64,000 nucleotides of DNA from Methanobacteriota archaeon (GCA_020696385.1 JAEHCQ010000008.1:1-64000); one strand, 5' to 3'. Positions 1 through 10,191 are shown, counted from the first letter of the stretch. Made by a program: numbers and translations. The notes: generated by a model from the letters alone, not told the origin.

Positions 1-666
1 TCGGAAGAACAGCCAGATGTACTGGAATTTGAAGGATCGCGATCGGATATCGGTATCACACAGGATCCACTGGATGGATCCAGTTTAATAGGCGTGAATC
101 TGGCTGTCGGGACCATCATCGGGATATTCCGCGGAAGTGTTCTTGTGCCTGGCCAGGAGATGATCGGGGCCATGTACGTTCTTTATGGACCACTCACAAC
201 TCTCACTTACTGCCTGAAGAAAGGTGTTCATGAATTCGTGCTGGATCCCAATGGGGAATTCGTTCTGCAATCCGAGAATATTCGCATTCCGGATGGCAAG
301 ATATTCGCGCCAGGAGCGATTCGCAAGAAGTATCTGGATGGCCACCTGAAGTGGATCGAGGCCCTGGAAGCCGATGGCTATAAAATTAGATTCAGTGGTT
401 CCTTTGTTGCTGATGTTCATCAGATCCTGCATAAAGGCGGGGTGTTCACATACCCTGGCATCGTGGGGAGCGAGCAAGGTAAGCTGAGATTACTATTCGA
501 GGGAAACCCAATGGGCTTCATCGTGGAGCAGGCAGGAGGCGCGACCAGTGACGGTCACCGCAGTCTGCTTTCGATACAGCCAGATGGAGTCGCCCACCGC
601 GTGCCGATATATGTGGGCGGGAAGAAAGAGATCAATCTTATTGAGAATATTAATGGAGATGTGTGA
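1..666 (+). CDS. fbp: Class I fructose-1,6-bisphosphatase (5' end outside window)
   Basis: Frame 1 is open from base 1 (SEEQ...QDPLDGSSLIGVNLAVGTI). DPLDGSS, RFSGSFVADVH and GKLRLLFEGNP are class I FBPase motifs. Confidence 0.93.
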   Translation, partial: SEEQPDVLEFEGSRSDIGITQDPLDGSSLIGVNLAVGTIIGIFRGSVLVPGQEMIGAMYVLYGPLTTLTYCLKKGVHEFVLDPNGEFVLQSENIRIPDGKIFAPGAIRKKYLDGHLKWIEALEADGYKIRFSGSFVADVHQILHKGGVFTYPGIVGSEQGKLRLLFEGNPMGFIVEQAGGATSDGHRSLLSIQPDGVAHRVPIYVGGKKEINLIENINGDV

Positions 667-1802
667 TTATGTACGAGCCAATACCCGGAGATGTGATGTT
701 CCGCGCTCTCAAGGATAAGAGCGCGATAGTCATGGCTGTCAATGCCCGAACGACCGTGGGAGTCGCCGAAGGAATATTCCGAGCTGCTAAAGACTTGGAT
801 TCCGCAGTGATATTCGAGATAGCCAGGACCGAATGCAATCAAGATGTGGGATACACTGGAATGACCCCTGGTGATTATGCCGAGAGGATCATGGCCGCGG
901 CTAAAAAAGTGGAATTCGACATGTGGTCCCTGCATGCGGATCACATCACGGTGAAGAAGGGCGATGCCGCGGATATCGTCAAAACAAAAGAACTGATAGA
1001 CGCGCAAGTAGATGCGGGCTACACCTCATTCGCGATAGATGCATCCCACCTTTTTGACTTCCAGGGCGGTAATCTGAGGGAGGAATTGGCGCTCAATATC
1101 GACGTGACCACGGAACTGGCCAAGCACATAAAGATGCGAATGGGCGATAAGCCATTTGGTCTCGAAGTGGAAGTTGGCGAGATAGGAAAAGAGGACTCGC
1201 AAGGCAAGGTGGTTACCAATCCCGACGAGGCAGTTACTTTCATAAAAGCACTTAATGAGAACGGTGTATTCCCGCAAGTACTGGCCATTGCCAATGGGAC
1301 ATCTCATGGCAATGTGTACGACGCCCAGGGAAATATCATGGAGCAGGTGAGTATCGATATCGATCAGACCAAGGCAGTGGCAGCTGCGCTTCGCGATGCT
1401 GGATCCGATGTCAGGATCGCCCAGCATGGGATAACTGGCACACCCCGCGAACTCATCAACACACTCTTTCCAAAAGGCGACATAATCAAGGGAAATGTCG
1501 CGACTTTCTGGCAGAACCTGATGTTCGATGTACTTCAGGTCTATGATCCGGAACTGTACAAGGAAATGTGGAACTGGACGATGGACAATTATAGAGCTAA
1601 AAACCCGGGAAAGAAAGACAATGAGATATGGGGCAAGAACGTGAAACAGGCGATCAAGCCCTTCCACGATCGCCTTTACTCGCTTGACCAGGACGCGCTG
1701 GACACCATCGAGGCTCTCTCGTACGCTGAAGCCAGGATATTCTTCAGATCATTCGGTTCCGCTGGTACTGCCAGCATAGTGAGAAAAGCAATGGAGGGAT
1801 AA
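663..1802 (+). CDS. fba: Class II (metal-dependent) fructose-bisphosphate aldolase
   Basis: HADH, DASH, EVEVGEIG, NGTSHG and AQHG motifs; overlaps the fbp stop; precedes tpiA. Confidence 0.9.
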   Translation: MIMYEPIPGDVMFRALKDKSAIVMAVNARTTVGVAEGIFRAAKDLDSAVIFEIARTECNQDVGYTGMTPGDYAERIMAAAKKVEFDMWSLHADHITVKKGDAADIVKTKELIDAQVDAGYTSFAIDASHLFDFQGGNLREELALNIDVTTELAKHIKMRMGDKPFGLEVEVGEIGKEDSQGKVVTNPDEAVTFIKALNENGVFPQVLAIANGTSHGNVYDAQGNIMEQVSIDIDQTKAVAAALRDAGSDVRIAQHGITGTPRELINTLFPKGDIIKGNVATFWQNLMFDVLQVYDPELYKEMWNWTMDNYRAKNPGKKDNEIWGKNVKQAIKPFHDRLYSLDQDALDTIEALSYAEARIFFRSFGSAGTASIVRKAMEG

Positions 1803-1803
1803 G

Positions 1804-2472
1804 ATGAAAACACCTATCATCGCGATCAATATGAAAACCTATGAGCAATCTTGCGGAGAGGCTGGCATCAATCTGGCCAGCCTTTGCCAGGAGATCGCGG
1901 AGGAAACAGGCGCGAATATCGCTATCGCGCCTCAACAGACCGATCTGGCTCTATTCGCCATTGATCTTGACATTCCTATTTTCGCCCAGCACATTGACAA
2001 TGCCAAGCAGGGCAGTTCGACCGGTCGTATCACACCAGAGAACATATGGACCATCGGTTGCGCTGGCTCCCTTATCAACCATTCGGAATACAGGATAGAT
2101 TCGGATGATGTTCGTCTACTTGTTCAGAAATGCCGCAATCTGGCATTGACCAGCATCGTCTGTACAAAGGATGCTGTGGAATCCAGAGCATACGCGGAAT
2201 TCAAGCCAGATTTCATCGCGGTCGAGCCACCCGAACTAATTGGCGGAGATATTTCAGTGACCTCTGCAAAACCAGAGGTCGTTTCCGATTCTGTCAAGGA
2301 AGTGAAAGAGGTCGCGCCAGACGTCAAGGTCCTATGCGGAGCGGGAGTGAAGAATGGCCAGGATGTGAAGATGGCCATCGAGCTTGGCGCGGAAGGAGTT
2401 CTGCTGGCTTCGGGTGTTGTCAAGGCTGAGGATCAGAGGGCTGTGCTGTTGGATCTGGTTAGTGAATTGTGA
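1804..2472 (+). CDS. tpiA: Triosephosphate isomerase, archaeal type
   Basis: INMKTY, NHSE, AVEPPELIG and LASGVVKA motifs; 222 aa. Confidence 0.96.
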   Translation: MKTPIIAINMKTYEQSCGEAGINLASLCQEIAEETGANIAIAPQQTDLALFAIDLDIPIFAQHIDNAKQGSSTGRITPENIWTIGCAGSLINHSEYRIDSDDVRLLVQKCRNLALTSIVCTKDAVESRAYAEFKPDFIAVEPPELIGGDISVTSAKPEVVSDSVKEVKEVAPDVKVLCGAGVKNGQDVKMAIELGAEGVLLASGVVKAEDQRAVLLDLVSEL

Positions 2473-2570
2473 GCGAGCTACCTCCGAGCGAGCAGTGAAG
2501 TAAGGCTAACGATCATTTACATTTTGACGTTTAGACCAAAAAACCTTTATCTCCCTAATACCAATCAGCC

Positions 2571-3515
2571 TTGATGTCAAAGGTCAATGGGGCGAAAGTA
2601 GCTATCGAGACTTGCCTTAACGTGAAAAAAGGCGAGCGAGTTCTTATTTTAACAGATACTTCTAAGGAATCCATAGCCGAAACCCTCTACCAGGCCGCGG
2701 TGGAAGCCGGAGCCATGACCGTTCTCACAAAAATACCGGAGATCACCCTGGACGGTCAGGAGCCTCCCATGGCGGTGGCCAAGATGATGAGGGACATGGA
2801 CGTGATCGTGATAACCACGGAAATGAGCATGTCGCACACGGCCGCACGCAGGCGAGCGTCAAAGGCAGGGGCGAGAATTGCCACCATGCCAGGCATCACC
2901 GAACACATGCTGAATGAAGGCGGGATGACCGCGGATTTCAAGGAGATACTGAAGACCACGCGCAGGGTGGCCAGGAAACTGAGAAAGGGAAACGAGCTCG
3001 TGATTAAGACCGAGCTTGGGACCGATATTTCCATGAGCATCAAAGGCAGAACTTGGGTGTCTGAGGACACAGGCATCTGCAATAAGAAAGGAGATTTCAC
3101 CAATCTGCCAGCTGGAGAGATGTTCATATCACCACTTGAGGGTAGTGCGAAAGGGGTGATCATGGTCGATGGCAGCTTTATTGATCCTTTATTGAATCCT
3201 GTGAAGGTCAATGTCAAAGACGGTTACGCAACCCGGATAGTGGGCGCGCATGATGTGGTCAAGGAACTGAACAAGGGCGGGAAGACCGGGCGTAATATCG
3301 CGAAGGTCGGTATCGGCCTCAATCCGGAAGCGAAGATAATCGGCAAGATCCTGGAAGATACGAAAGTTCTGGGCACTGTCAATATCGGCTTCGGGGACAA
3401 TTCCATGTTCGGAGGCAGAGTGAAGTCCAAAGTTCATCTGGCCGGTATAATCAAGAATCCGACCTTGGTAATAGACAATGTGATAGTTATCAAGGACGGC
3501 GAGCTGAAAGTTTAG
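2571..3515 (+). CDS. Aminopeptidase M29/COG2309-family homologue, probably lacking several metal ligands
   Basis: CLNVKKGERVLI, RIATMPG, NLPAGE and GIGLN...KVLGTV.IGFG...H are family-like; several ligand positions are substituted (see findings). Confidence 0.8.
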   Translation: MMSKVNGAKVAIETCLNVKKGERVLILTDTSKESIAETLYQAAVEAGAMTVLTKIPEITLDGQEPPMAVAKMMRDMDVIVITTEMSMSHTAARRRASKAGARIATMPGITEHMLNEGGMTADFKEILKTTRRVARKLRKGNELVIKTELGTDISMSIKGRTWVSEDTGICNKKGDFTNLPAGEMFISPLEGSAKGVIMVDGSFIDPLLNPVKVNVKDGYATRIVGAHDVVKELNKGGKTGRNIAKVGIGLNPEAKIIGKILEDTKVLGTVNIGFGDNSMFGGRVKSKVHLAGIIKNPTLVIDNVIVIKDGELKV

Positions 3516-3545
3516 AGTCGTCATCAATGTACAGGAGAGGGGAAA

Positions 3546-4820
3546 GTGGATAGTAATATAGGATTGGAAGTTAGGAGATTGCTCACCAAAGAGCTTGGGA
3601 ACCTTGGGATCAAGACACTCAATGAGCAATGCGATGAATTGGGGATCAAACCAGAGCTACTGAAGCCAAATGACCTGGCATTGATATCAAGCAGGATGGC
3701 CAGGGCACTGCGGTCGCATGTGGGAGACGAGAAGGCCCAGAAAGTGGGGAAGGACATCCAGAAGATCAAGCTATTATCTGAATTGGGGGCATTGGGCAGG
3801 AACGACCCTGGCTATGAGAGAAGGCTTCTTGACATACATTCCCGGATCGCCAGTCTATGCTATTCCGCCAATGATTGGGACGAGGCCTTCGAGCATTATG
3901 AGAAGGTGAGAAGGCTGTGCAAGAAGCTGGGGGACGACCTCAAGCTGGGGGAGGCCTACAATGCCATCGGATACATACATGTCAGCAGAAGCGACTGGGA
4001 CGAGGCTCTAAAGTATTTCGAGTTGAGCCATGAACTCGCTGTCAAGATCAACCGCCCTCTGGGAATGGCTGAAGCTCAGCGAGGCTTAGGGTACGTGAAC
4101 TGGAGGATATCAAAATATGAAAAAGCTCTGGAGTATCTCAGCCAGGCGATGGAGTTCGCCAATACCTCGGAGGATTCCAGGACCCAGGGGCTCGTGAACC
4201 TCGAAATGGGTTTGGTCTACAATGAGATGGGAGAACTCTCCAAGGGTCTGGAATATTTCACTGCCAGCTTGGGATATTTTCAGGAGATAAACGATTATGA
4301 GCAGATGGCAAGGGCCTATAACAATATCGGCGACACCCACATGACCAAGAAGGAGTGGGAAAAGGCTCTGGAATATCTGGACTTCTGCATGGAGATAGCC
4401 GAGAAGTACAATATCATCAAGTTCAAGGGATGGTGCAAGATGAACAAGTCAGAATGTTTGTCTGGACTCAACCGACCGGATGAGGCAATACCGGAGCTGG
4501 AGCAGGCCCTGGAATTGTTCGAGAGCATTGAGGACGTGATGGGCATATGCTATGTCTATCGGAACTTCGGGCTTGCCAACCGGCTTTTGAAGAATTATGA
4601 TCTGGCCCTGGAATATTTTGAGAAGTCCGAGAAGATCAATGACATGCTGAAATCCCCTTTCAATTCAGCTTTGCTTTATCTGGACTGGGGCTATCTTTAC
4701 CGGGATATGGGGAAGAAGGCGGATGCCAAGAAGATGATCACCAAGGCCACGGATATATTCAGAGATGTGGACGCCAGTCACTGGCTGGAACAGGCAGAGA
4801 ATGCCCTGAGTAAAATTTGA
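3546..4820 (+). CDS. TPR-repeat protein with a small N-terminal helical domain
   Basis: Many TPR units (AYNAIGYIH..., AYNNIGDTH..., ALEYF); about 70-aa non-TPR N-terminus. Confidence 0.88.
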   Translation: MDSNIGLEVRRLLTKELGNLGIKTLNEQCDELGIKPELLKPNDLALISSRMARALRSHVGDEKAQKVGKDIQKIKLLSELGALGRNDPGYERRLLDIHSRIASLCYSANDWDEAFEHYEKVRRLCKKLGDDLKLGEAYNAIGYIHVSRSDWDEALKYFELSHELAVKINRPLGMAEAQRGLGYVNWRISKYEKALEYLSQAMEFANTSEDSRTQGLVNLEMGLVYNEMGELSKGLEYFTASLGYFQEINDYEQMARAYNNIGDTHMTKKEWEKALEYLDFCMEIAEKYNIIKFKGWCKMNKSECLSGLNRPDEAIPELEQALELFESIEDVMGICYVYRNFGLANRLLKNYDLALEYFEKSEKINDMLKSPFNSALLYLDWGYLYRDMGKKADAKKMITKATDIFRDVDASHWLEQAENALSKI

Positions 4821-4923
4821 TATTGATAATTTTACATAAGTTATTGATGGGCCTTGGCTTACTGCTAACTATATCATTAAAGCATGAATTAAACAGTTAT
4901 TAATAAGCGAAGTTTATTCAAGT

Positions 4924-5475
4924 ATGTATGGGCAAGGTGGACATCATATGAATCAACCGATAAGCCAATTACCTCCTGCTGTAGCGAATACGATATTATT
5001 GGATCCTGGAGAACAGATAATGATAACATGGGATTTCTCTCAATCTAAATATGTGGGCTCGAATTCAAACTCTGGACGGGGATATTTGGTATTGACCAAT
5101 AAACGAGCATTGTCAATTCATTCTCAGGGATTATTGACCACTTCTTATAAAGTGATATTGAATATGACCCTGGACAAGATAAATGATCTACGAACTTCAA
5201 GTGGCTTCATGAGCAATGGACTTATTGTAATGGGAACTCTTTATACAATTCTGAATCCCGATGTGGCTAAAAACTATATCAATAATGCGAGGGTTGAATT
5301 CATGAAGAACGCTCCGCCCCCGCCGGCACCCGAAATGCCCACACCTCCTACAATATCACACTATGTTAGAGAGAAGGAAGTGACAACAAGAGAGGTCGTG
5401 AAGATCCGATGCCAGTTCTGTGGATGCTTATTTGATGAGGTAATTGATAAGTGCCCAAGCTGTGGAGGCCGCTAA
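4924..5475 (+). CDS. PH-like domain protein with Pro-rich linker and C-terminal zinc ribbon
   Basis: GYLVLTNKR PH-like motif; PPPPAPEMP linker; CQFC...CPSCGG. Confidence 0.7.
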   Translation: MYGQGGHHMNQPISQLPPAVANTILLDPGEQIMITWDFSQSKYVGSNSNSGRGYLVLTNKRALSIHSQGLLTTSYKVILNMTLDKINDLRTSSGFMSNGLIVMGTLYTILNPDVAKNYINNARVEFMKNAPPPPAPEMPTPPTISHYVREKEVTTREVVKIRCQFCGCLFDEVIDKCPSCGGR

Positions 5476-5598
5476 TATTCAGGCAGTAGCGATTTAGATC
5501 GCAAATTCACACTATTCGGGGATAGGGAACGTGTACGAAGTTAAATAAGTGAGAAGTACGTTTCACCTACTTACTTAGATATAAATGAAGGTGATAAT

Positions 5599-5976
5599 TT
5601 GGGATTATTAGATGCAGTATTAGGAAATGCAGGAGCTGTTAGCCCGCAAGAGTTAACAAATGAATATGGAACATTATTGACCGACGGTGAGATCATCGAG
5701 GTCGGATTTAGAGTGATAAGGGATACTTTTGTTTTCACTAACAAAAGATTGCTCCTTGTTGATAAGCAGGGGATTACTGGGAAGAAAGTGGAATACAAAT
5801 CAATTTTGTATAAAAGTATTTCAAGATTCAGTATTGAAACAGCAGGGACCTTTGACATGGATGCGGAGTTGAAAATTTGGGTATCAAGTGAAGCAATACC
5901 ATCCATAAGCAAGACCTTCAATAAGAAAGTCAATATATACGACTTACAAAAAGTGTTAGCTAATCATCTATTGTGA
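5599..5976 (+). CDS. Bacterial-type PH domain protein (YvbH/bPH_1-like)
   Basis: RDTFVFTNKRLLLVDKQGITGKK...SIETAGTFDMDAELKIW; visibly AT-richer than neighbours. Confidence 0.85.
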   Translation: MGLLDAVLGNAGAVSPQELTNEYGTLLTDGEIIEVGFRVIRDTFVFTNKRLLLVDKQGITGKKVEYKSILYKSISRFSIETAGTFDMDAELKIWVSSEAIPSISKTFNKKVNIYDLQKVLANHLL

Positions 5977-6071
5977 GCTCCTGGCCTATAATGGATTAAT
6001 GCATTTGGCTAAGTCCAAGATTTATAACAATATAGAGGATATGAGGTTAGATGATACTAGATCATTTTGCC

Positions 6072-8498
6072 TCAGAATCCTTTCAGGCTTTCCTTTAACC
6101 TTGAGAGTTCATCTTGGCGCTTTCTCCAGGCATCTTCCTTGTCAGTGAGGGCTTTCTCTCTATCATCCAGTTCCTTGAGGCGATCCTTCATCTCCACTTC
6201 GACTTTATCGCGGAGCTCGTCCTCTTGCTTTTCCAATTGCCATTCCCTGGCAGTCATCTTATCTTCCTTCGCCTGCAGGAGTTCTTCCCTTTCTTTCAAT
6301 TCGGAATTATAGTTTTCTAATTCCTCGCGCTCGTCCATGACCTTGGCTAATTCTGTTCTTATCGAGCCGAGCTTGGCTTCTGCCTCGGCTTCCTTCTTGG
6401 CCAGTTCTTTTTCTTTAGCCTTTATTTCGGTATTGGAGAGTTTGATATCCTCATCCTTCTTTGAATGTAATTTATGTTTTTTGGCCTCTTCGCGCTCTAA
6501 TTTCTTTTTCTCTGTCTCGAGTGCTTTTTCTGCTGTTGCCAAAGTGGAATCTCTGTCATCCAGATCCTGCTCTCGTTCATCGAGCAGAGAAGATGTCTTT
6601 CCGAGTTCCTGGAATCTGCTGTCCAACTCGGCTTTTATTCCCTGAAGTCGAGCTTCTTCTCCATCCAGTTCTTCAGTTCTGAGATTTAAATTAACTTCAA
6701 TTTCTGAAAGTGATGTTTCTTGCTCGTCCAGCTTCTTCGACCTGCGATCGAGCTTTCTCAATTCGTCTTTCGCGATCTTCTTCTGCTCCTTGTCCTGGGT
6801 GACCAGCTCGGCTTCTCGATCTTCAAGGCGGTCTTCTTTTTGAGTGGCCTTTTCATCTCTCTTCTTTATTTCCGCGGCTTTCATTTCCAGCTCTGTTCCG
6901 AGGTCTACTAATTCTCCGAGGCGCTTGTCCAGTTTCTGGAAGTCGCGCTTGGCCTGCCGGTCCTTCTTTCGAAGGTCGGCTTCCAGGTCTTTCACACCTG
7001 CTTCCAGTTTCTCAAGGGCTATTGCCTCACTCTTGAGCCTATCTTCATCCGCGTTTATGGCCTTCTCACGCTTGACGAGCTCCCTCTGGATATTCCTTAA
7101 TGACTTCTTCTCGTCCTTCAGGGCTTCGGACATTTCATTAGTACGTTTCTCAAGTCCTCCCAGCTTTCTCAACTCCTTGTCGAGCTTCACCCGGTCTGCG
7201 TCAAAGGTCTTGCGCGCGTCCACGAAAATTTTCATGTCACGCTCGAGAGAGATCCTTTCAGCTTCCATCTCCTCTCTTTCTTTAGTAATTGATTCGGATT
7301 CGGATTCAAGTGATCTTGAATCCGCCTCGATGGCCTTCTTCTCCTTAGCCAGCCTCCGTGATTCAAGGCCAATATCCTTCTTTTTCGTGGCCAATTCCTT
7401 CTCCAGATTTTTCAGTTTTGTCTCTAATTTCTTAACCAGATCAGCTTTCTTATTTACCTCGCCAGCCTCTGTCTGCACTGATTTCGCCCTCACCAGAAGA
7501 TCCTTTTCAATCTTCTGGAGATTGTCCTCGGTCTTCAGAAGATCTGTTTCTTTCTTCACGTATTCGGTTATCTTTGATTCCAATTGGGCGCTGGCCTCAT
7601 TCTGTCGGTTTGTTTCTTCCGAAATGTCCTTCCAGATAGATTCCAATTCCGCTCTCTCATTTGCCACGATGGCCTGAGTTCGCCTGATATCATCGCTTCT
7701 TGCGTCGATGTCAGATTCTTTTCGTGAAAGTAATGCTTCCTTGGCCTCGATGTCAGACTCTTTCTTGGAAAGCAGTTCCTCCATCTTGAGGAGATCCTCT
7801 TCCTTGGCTTCGAGCTTCATCATCTCCACTTTTCTTTCTGCGAGTGCTACGACATCTTCCTCTGTAAGTCCGTCCTTTCTATTGGAATTTGAATAATGCT
7901 TCAGAAGGGCCACGGAGCCTGTTTTAACCGACTCTAATTCTCCCTTTAGCTTGTCAATGGTCATCTGCCTAGACAGAGCCTCTTCACGCTCTACGGCCAA
8001 TTCCCGCGATCTTTTGGATAGTGACACTTCGGTGTTCTGGAGATCGCGTTCTCTTCTCGCTTCGTTCTCCATGGATTTTCTTTCCTGGGCGATCCTGCCC
8101 TTCTCCTCATCCTTGACCTGTCCCATGATAATGTCGAGGTCGAGCTCATCCGGAGAGAGTGCAGATTCCTGGTACTGGTCCCTGATATGTGTTATAGAAA
8201 CACTTGATGATTTGTAAGAATATGAATGGATCTCGAGGATACAATCTTCTTTGATCGAGTCGCGAGCGACCTCCAGGACTGCGTCGATCCCGTGCTCGTC
8301 ATCGCTTGCGGAATGGGATGCCAGTATCGGACTTCCCTTTCTGAATACGATGTGTCCGATGGAAATACTCCCTTCCCTAACATAGCTGGTCTTGATGAAG
8401 CCATCTATTCCCTGGCTGTCAAATTCGCCAATAAGGTCATTCAATGCGGTTTCGTTTCCAAATGCTGTTTTGAGGATTCTTCCACTGGGCAGTCTCAT
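6072..8498 (-). CDS. Long coiled-coil protein with N-terminal DUF2226-like domain
   Basis: N-terminal MRLPSG...GFIK...GHIVFRKG globular domain, then over 600 aa of E/K/R/L heptad-rich sequence; no Walker A. ATG 8498 preferred to TTG 8519. Confidence 0.75.
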   Translation of the reverse strand: MRLPSGRILKTAFGNETALNDLIGEFDSQGIDGFIKTSYVREGSISIGHIVFRKGSPILASHSASDDEHGIDAVLEVARDSIKEDCILEIHSYSYKSSSVSITHIRDQYQESALSPDELDLDIIMGQVKDEEKGRIAQERKSMENEARRERDLQNTEVSLSKRSRELAVEREEALSRQMTIDKLKGELESVKTGSVALLKHYSNSNRKDGLTEEDVVALAERKVEMMKLEAKEEDLLKMEELLSKKESDIEAKEALLSRKESDIDARSDDIRRTQAIVANERAELESIWKDISEETNRQNEASAQLESKITEYVKKETDLLKTEDNLQKIEKDLLVRAKSVQTEAGEVNKKADLVKKLETKLKNLEKELATKKKDIGLESRRLAKEKKAIEADSRSLESESESITKEREEMEAERISLERDMKIFVDARKTFDADRVKLDKELRKLGGLEKRTNEMSEALKDEKKSLRNIQRELVKREKAINADEDRLKSEAIALEKLEAGVKDLEADLRKKDRQAKRDFQKLDKRLGELVDLGTELEMKAAEIKKRDEKATQKEDRLEDREAELVTQDKEQKKIAKDELRKLDRRSKKLDEQETSLSEIEVNLNLRTEELDGEEARLQGIKAELDSRFQELGKTSSLLDEREQDLDDRDSTLATAEKALETEKKKLEREEAKKHKLHSKKDEDIKLSNTEIKAKEKELAKKEAEAEAKLGSIRTELAKVMDEREELENYNSELKEREELLQAKEDKMTAREWQLEKQEDELRDKVEVEMKDRLKELDDREKALTDKEDAWRKRQDELSRLKESLKGF

Positions 8499-8734
8499 AT
8501 TGATCCATTTCCCGGCCAAGTCAATACGGATAATATCAACTTGGACGCAAGTGTGATAATACCTGACCTTTATAATATTTTGTCGTACGTGTGTGTGATG
8601 TATCAGAAAATACTTTTATGCTTTCCCACTATCCTGGTTATGTCCCATGATGAAAGTAGGAAAACTGAGTTTCTGAAAAGAGGCTGTGATTGACCCTATG
8701 AGTGCTGAGGACGACTTTATTTATTATTGTTTGA

Positions 8735-9343
8735 TCAAATCAGCGGAGAATCCACCCCATATTCATCCATCAGGTCCATCAACCTCTCACGAACCCGGGG
8801 GAACCAGTTTTCTGAGTTAGGTTGCTTCCTTATCTCTATCTCGATAGTGTTCCAGTCCAGCTCGGTCTCAGCGATCCTGGACATATCCACCAGATCCTCG
8901 TCCCTCATCGTGATGGATTTGAACAGGAAGATGTCCTCGGCAGACATCGCATGCACTGTGAGATTGTCGAACTCTAGCTTTGCCCGAGCTCTCTGCATCA
9001 TATCTTTTGACAGTATCAGGCCATTGCAGACCTGTTTATAGAATATGTCCAACCTTATTCCGTCTTGATTCTCAAGGATATGCTGAGGCCCCAATTGGAC
9101 ATATTCTGCTGATTTATCAGATATTGTCTTCATGCCTGCCTTCTCTGTTGCAGCCATGAACCTCTTCAGGTTTTCATCGTTGTCGAATACAATGTCCACA
9201 TCAAATGTGATTCCCTTGTAGCCGCGAAGAACCATGGCCAGGCCACCGATCAGGTACACTGTTGTTTCAGCTTCAAGGTGCTTGGAGATATCTTCCAGTA
9301 CAGGCATCAGTTCATCTTCGCCATATTTCTTTCTCTCTGTCAT
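8735..9343 (-). CDS. Nucleotidyltransferase (DUF6036/AbiEii-like), putative type IV TA toxin
   Basis: YLIGGLAM...T.DVDIV polbeta-type NTase motif and EDIFLFK; coupled to the upstream HTH gene by an ATGA overlap. Confidence 0.75.
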   Translation of the reverse strand: MTERKKYGEDELMPVLEDISKHLEAETTVYLIGGLAMVLRGYKGITFDVDIVFDNDENLKRFMAATEKAGMKTISDKSAEYVQLGPQHILENQDGIRLDIFYKQVCNGLILSKDMMQRARAKLEFDNLTVHAMSAEDIFLFKSITMRDEDLVDMSRIAETELDWNTIEIEIRKQPNSENWFPRVRERLMDLMDEYGVDSPLI

Positions 9344-10191
9344 CCACTCACCAACTCCTTGATAACCGTCTTCTTCCCATACTTGCCGGCATAGGCAAAG
9401 AATGCTTCATCATTCAGATGCCTAAGTCTTTGGCTTATGAGTCTTTTTATTCGGGGATTGTAAGGGTCAACGAACAGAGCCTGCATAAATGCTTCTTCTT
9501 CAGATATTTCAATATCTTCATGCCCATAGTAATAGTAATTCTGGGTGTGGGCCAAACCAGACTTGAGTTCACCCAAGCGAGTGAGGCCAGCTGGAAGGGC
9601 ATCCTGGTCCTCGAGCTTTGTGTTCATTGAGAACATGAACTCATCCCTCCATTGCCAGACTATGACAGCCTCCGGGTATTTCTCCCTCATTAAACTGAGA
9701 TTCTTATGTTCATTGTATTTTCTCAGAAAGTCTGAAAGAAGTTTGAACCTCGGGTTCAGTTGATAATTTGACTTGTCTTGTAGAGCCACACCCATGCGCT
9801 TCCATCTTGGAAGGAGGCCTTTGACTGTTCTTAATGATAACGAGGTTCTTGTGGCTAATTCTTTCGCAGAATAGCCGGGCTTTAGTAATAATGGCAATAT
9901 TGCCAGGCCAGAGCCTGAGAACAATGTCTCGAGATTGAGCATCGGTTGCTCTGCTATCAGCAAAGATAGAGATTCTCCCAAGGGGGTCTTTGAAAGATAA
10001 ACAAGCTTGTGAGTTCCTTTTCTTTCTTTTGTTACCAGGCCCATTGCTTCCAGATGTTTCACCAACTCGGACACATGGTTCGTGGACTTTGATAGGTCTG
10101 AGGCAAGCTCGGACAGGGTGAGATATCTGCCCTGAAGTGTTTGTAATAACCGGACCTCGGTTTTTCTCAAAGACCATCTTGTTTCTTTCAT
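9340..10191 (-). CDS. Tandem winged-HTH protein, putative antitoxin/regulator
   Basis: LTLSELASDLSKSTNHVSELVKHLEAMGLV and a second HTH YSAKELATRTSLS; ATG 10191 preferred to the longer ORF. Confidence 0.7.
   Translation of the reverse strand: MKETRWSLRKTEVRLLQTLQGRYLTLSELASDLSKSTNHVSELVKHLEAMGLVTKERKGTHKLVYLSKTPLGESLSLLIAEQPMLNLETLFSGSGLAILPLLLKPGYSAKELATRTSLSLRTVKGLLPRWKRMGVALQDKSNYQLNPRFKLLSDFLRKYNEHKNLSLMREKYPEAVIVWQWRDEFMFSMNTKLEDQDALPAGLTRLGELKSGLAHTQNYYYYGHEDIEISEEEAFMQALFVDPYNPRIKRLISQRLRHLNDEAFFAYAGKYGKKTVIKELVSG

Noticed and set aside
6072-8498. Coiled-coil protein as SMC/Rad50
   Set aside because: No Walker A/B, signature motif, hinge or zinc hook.
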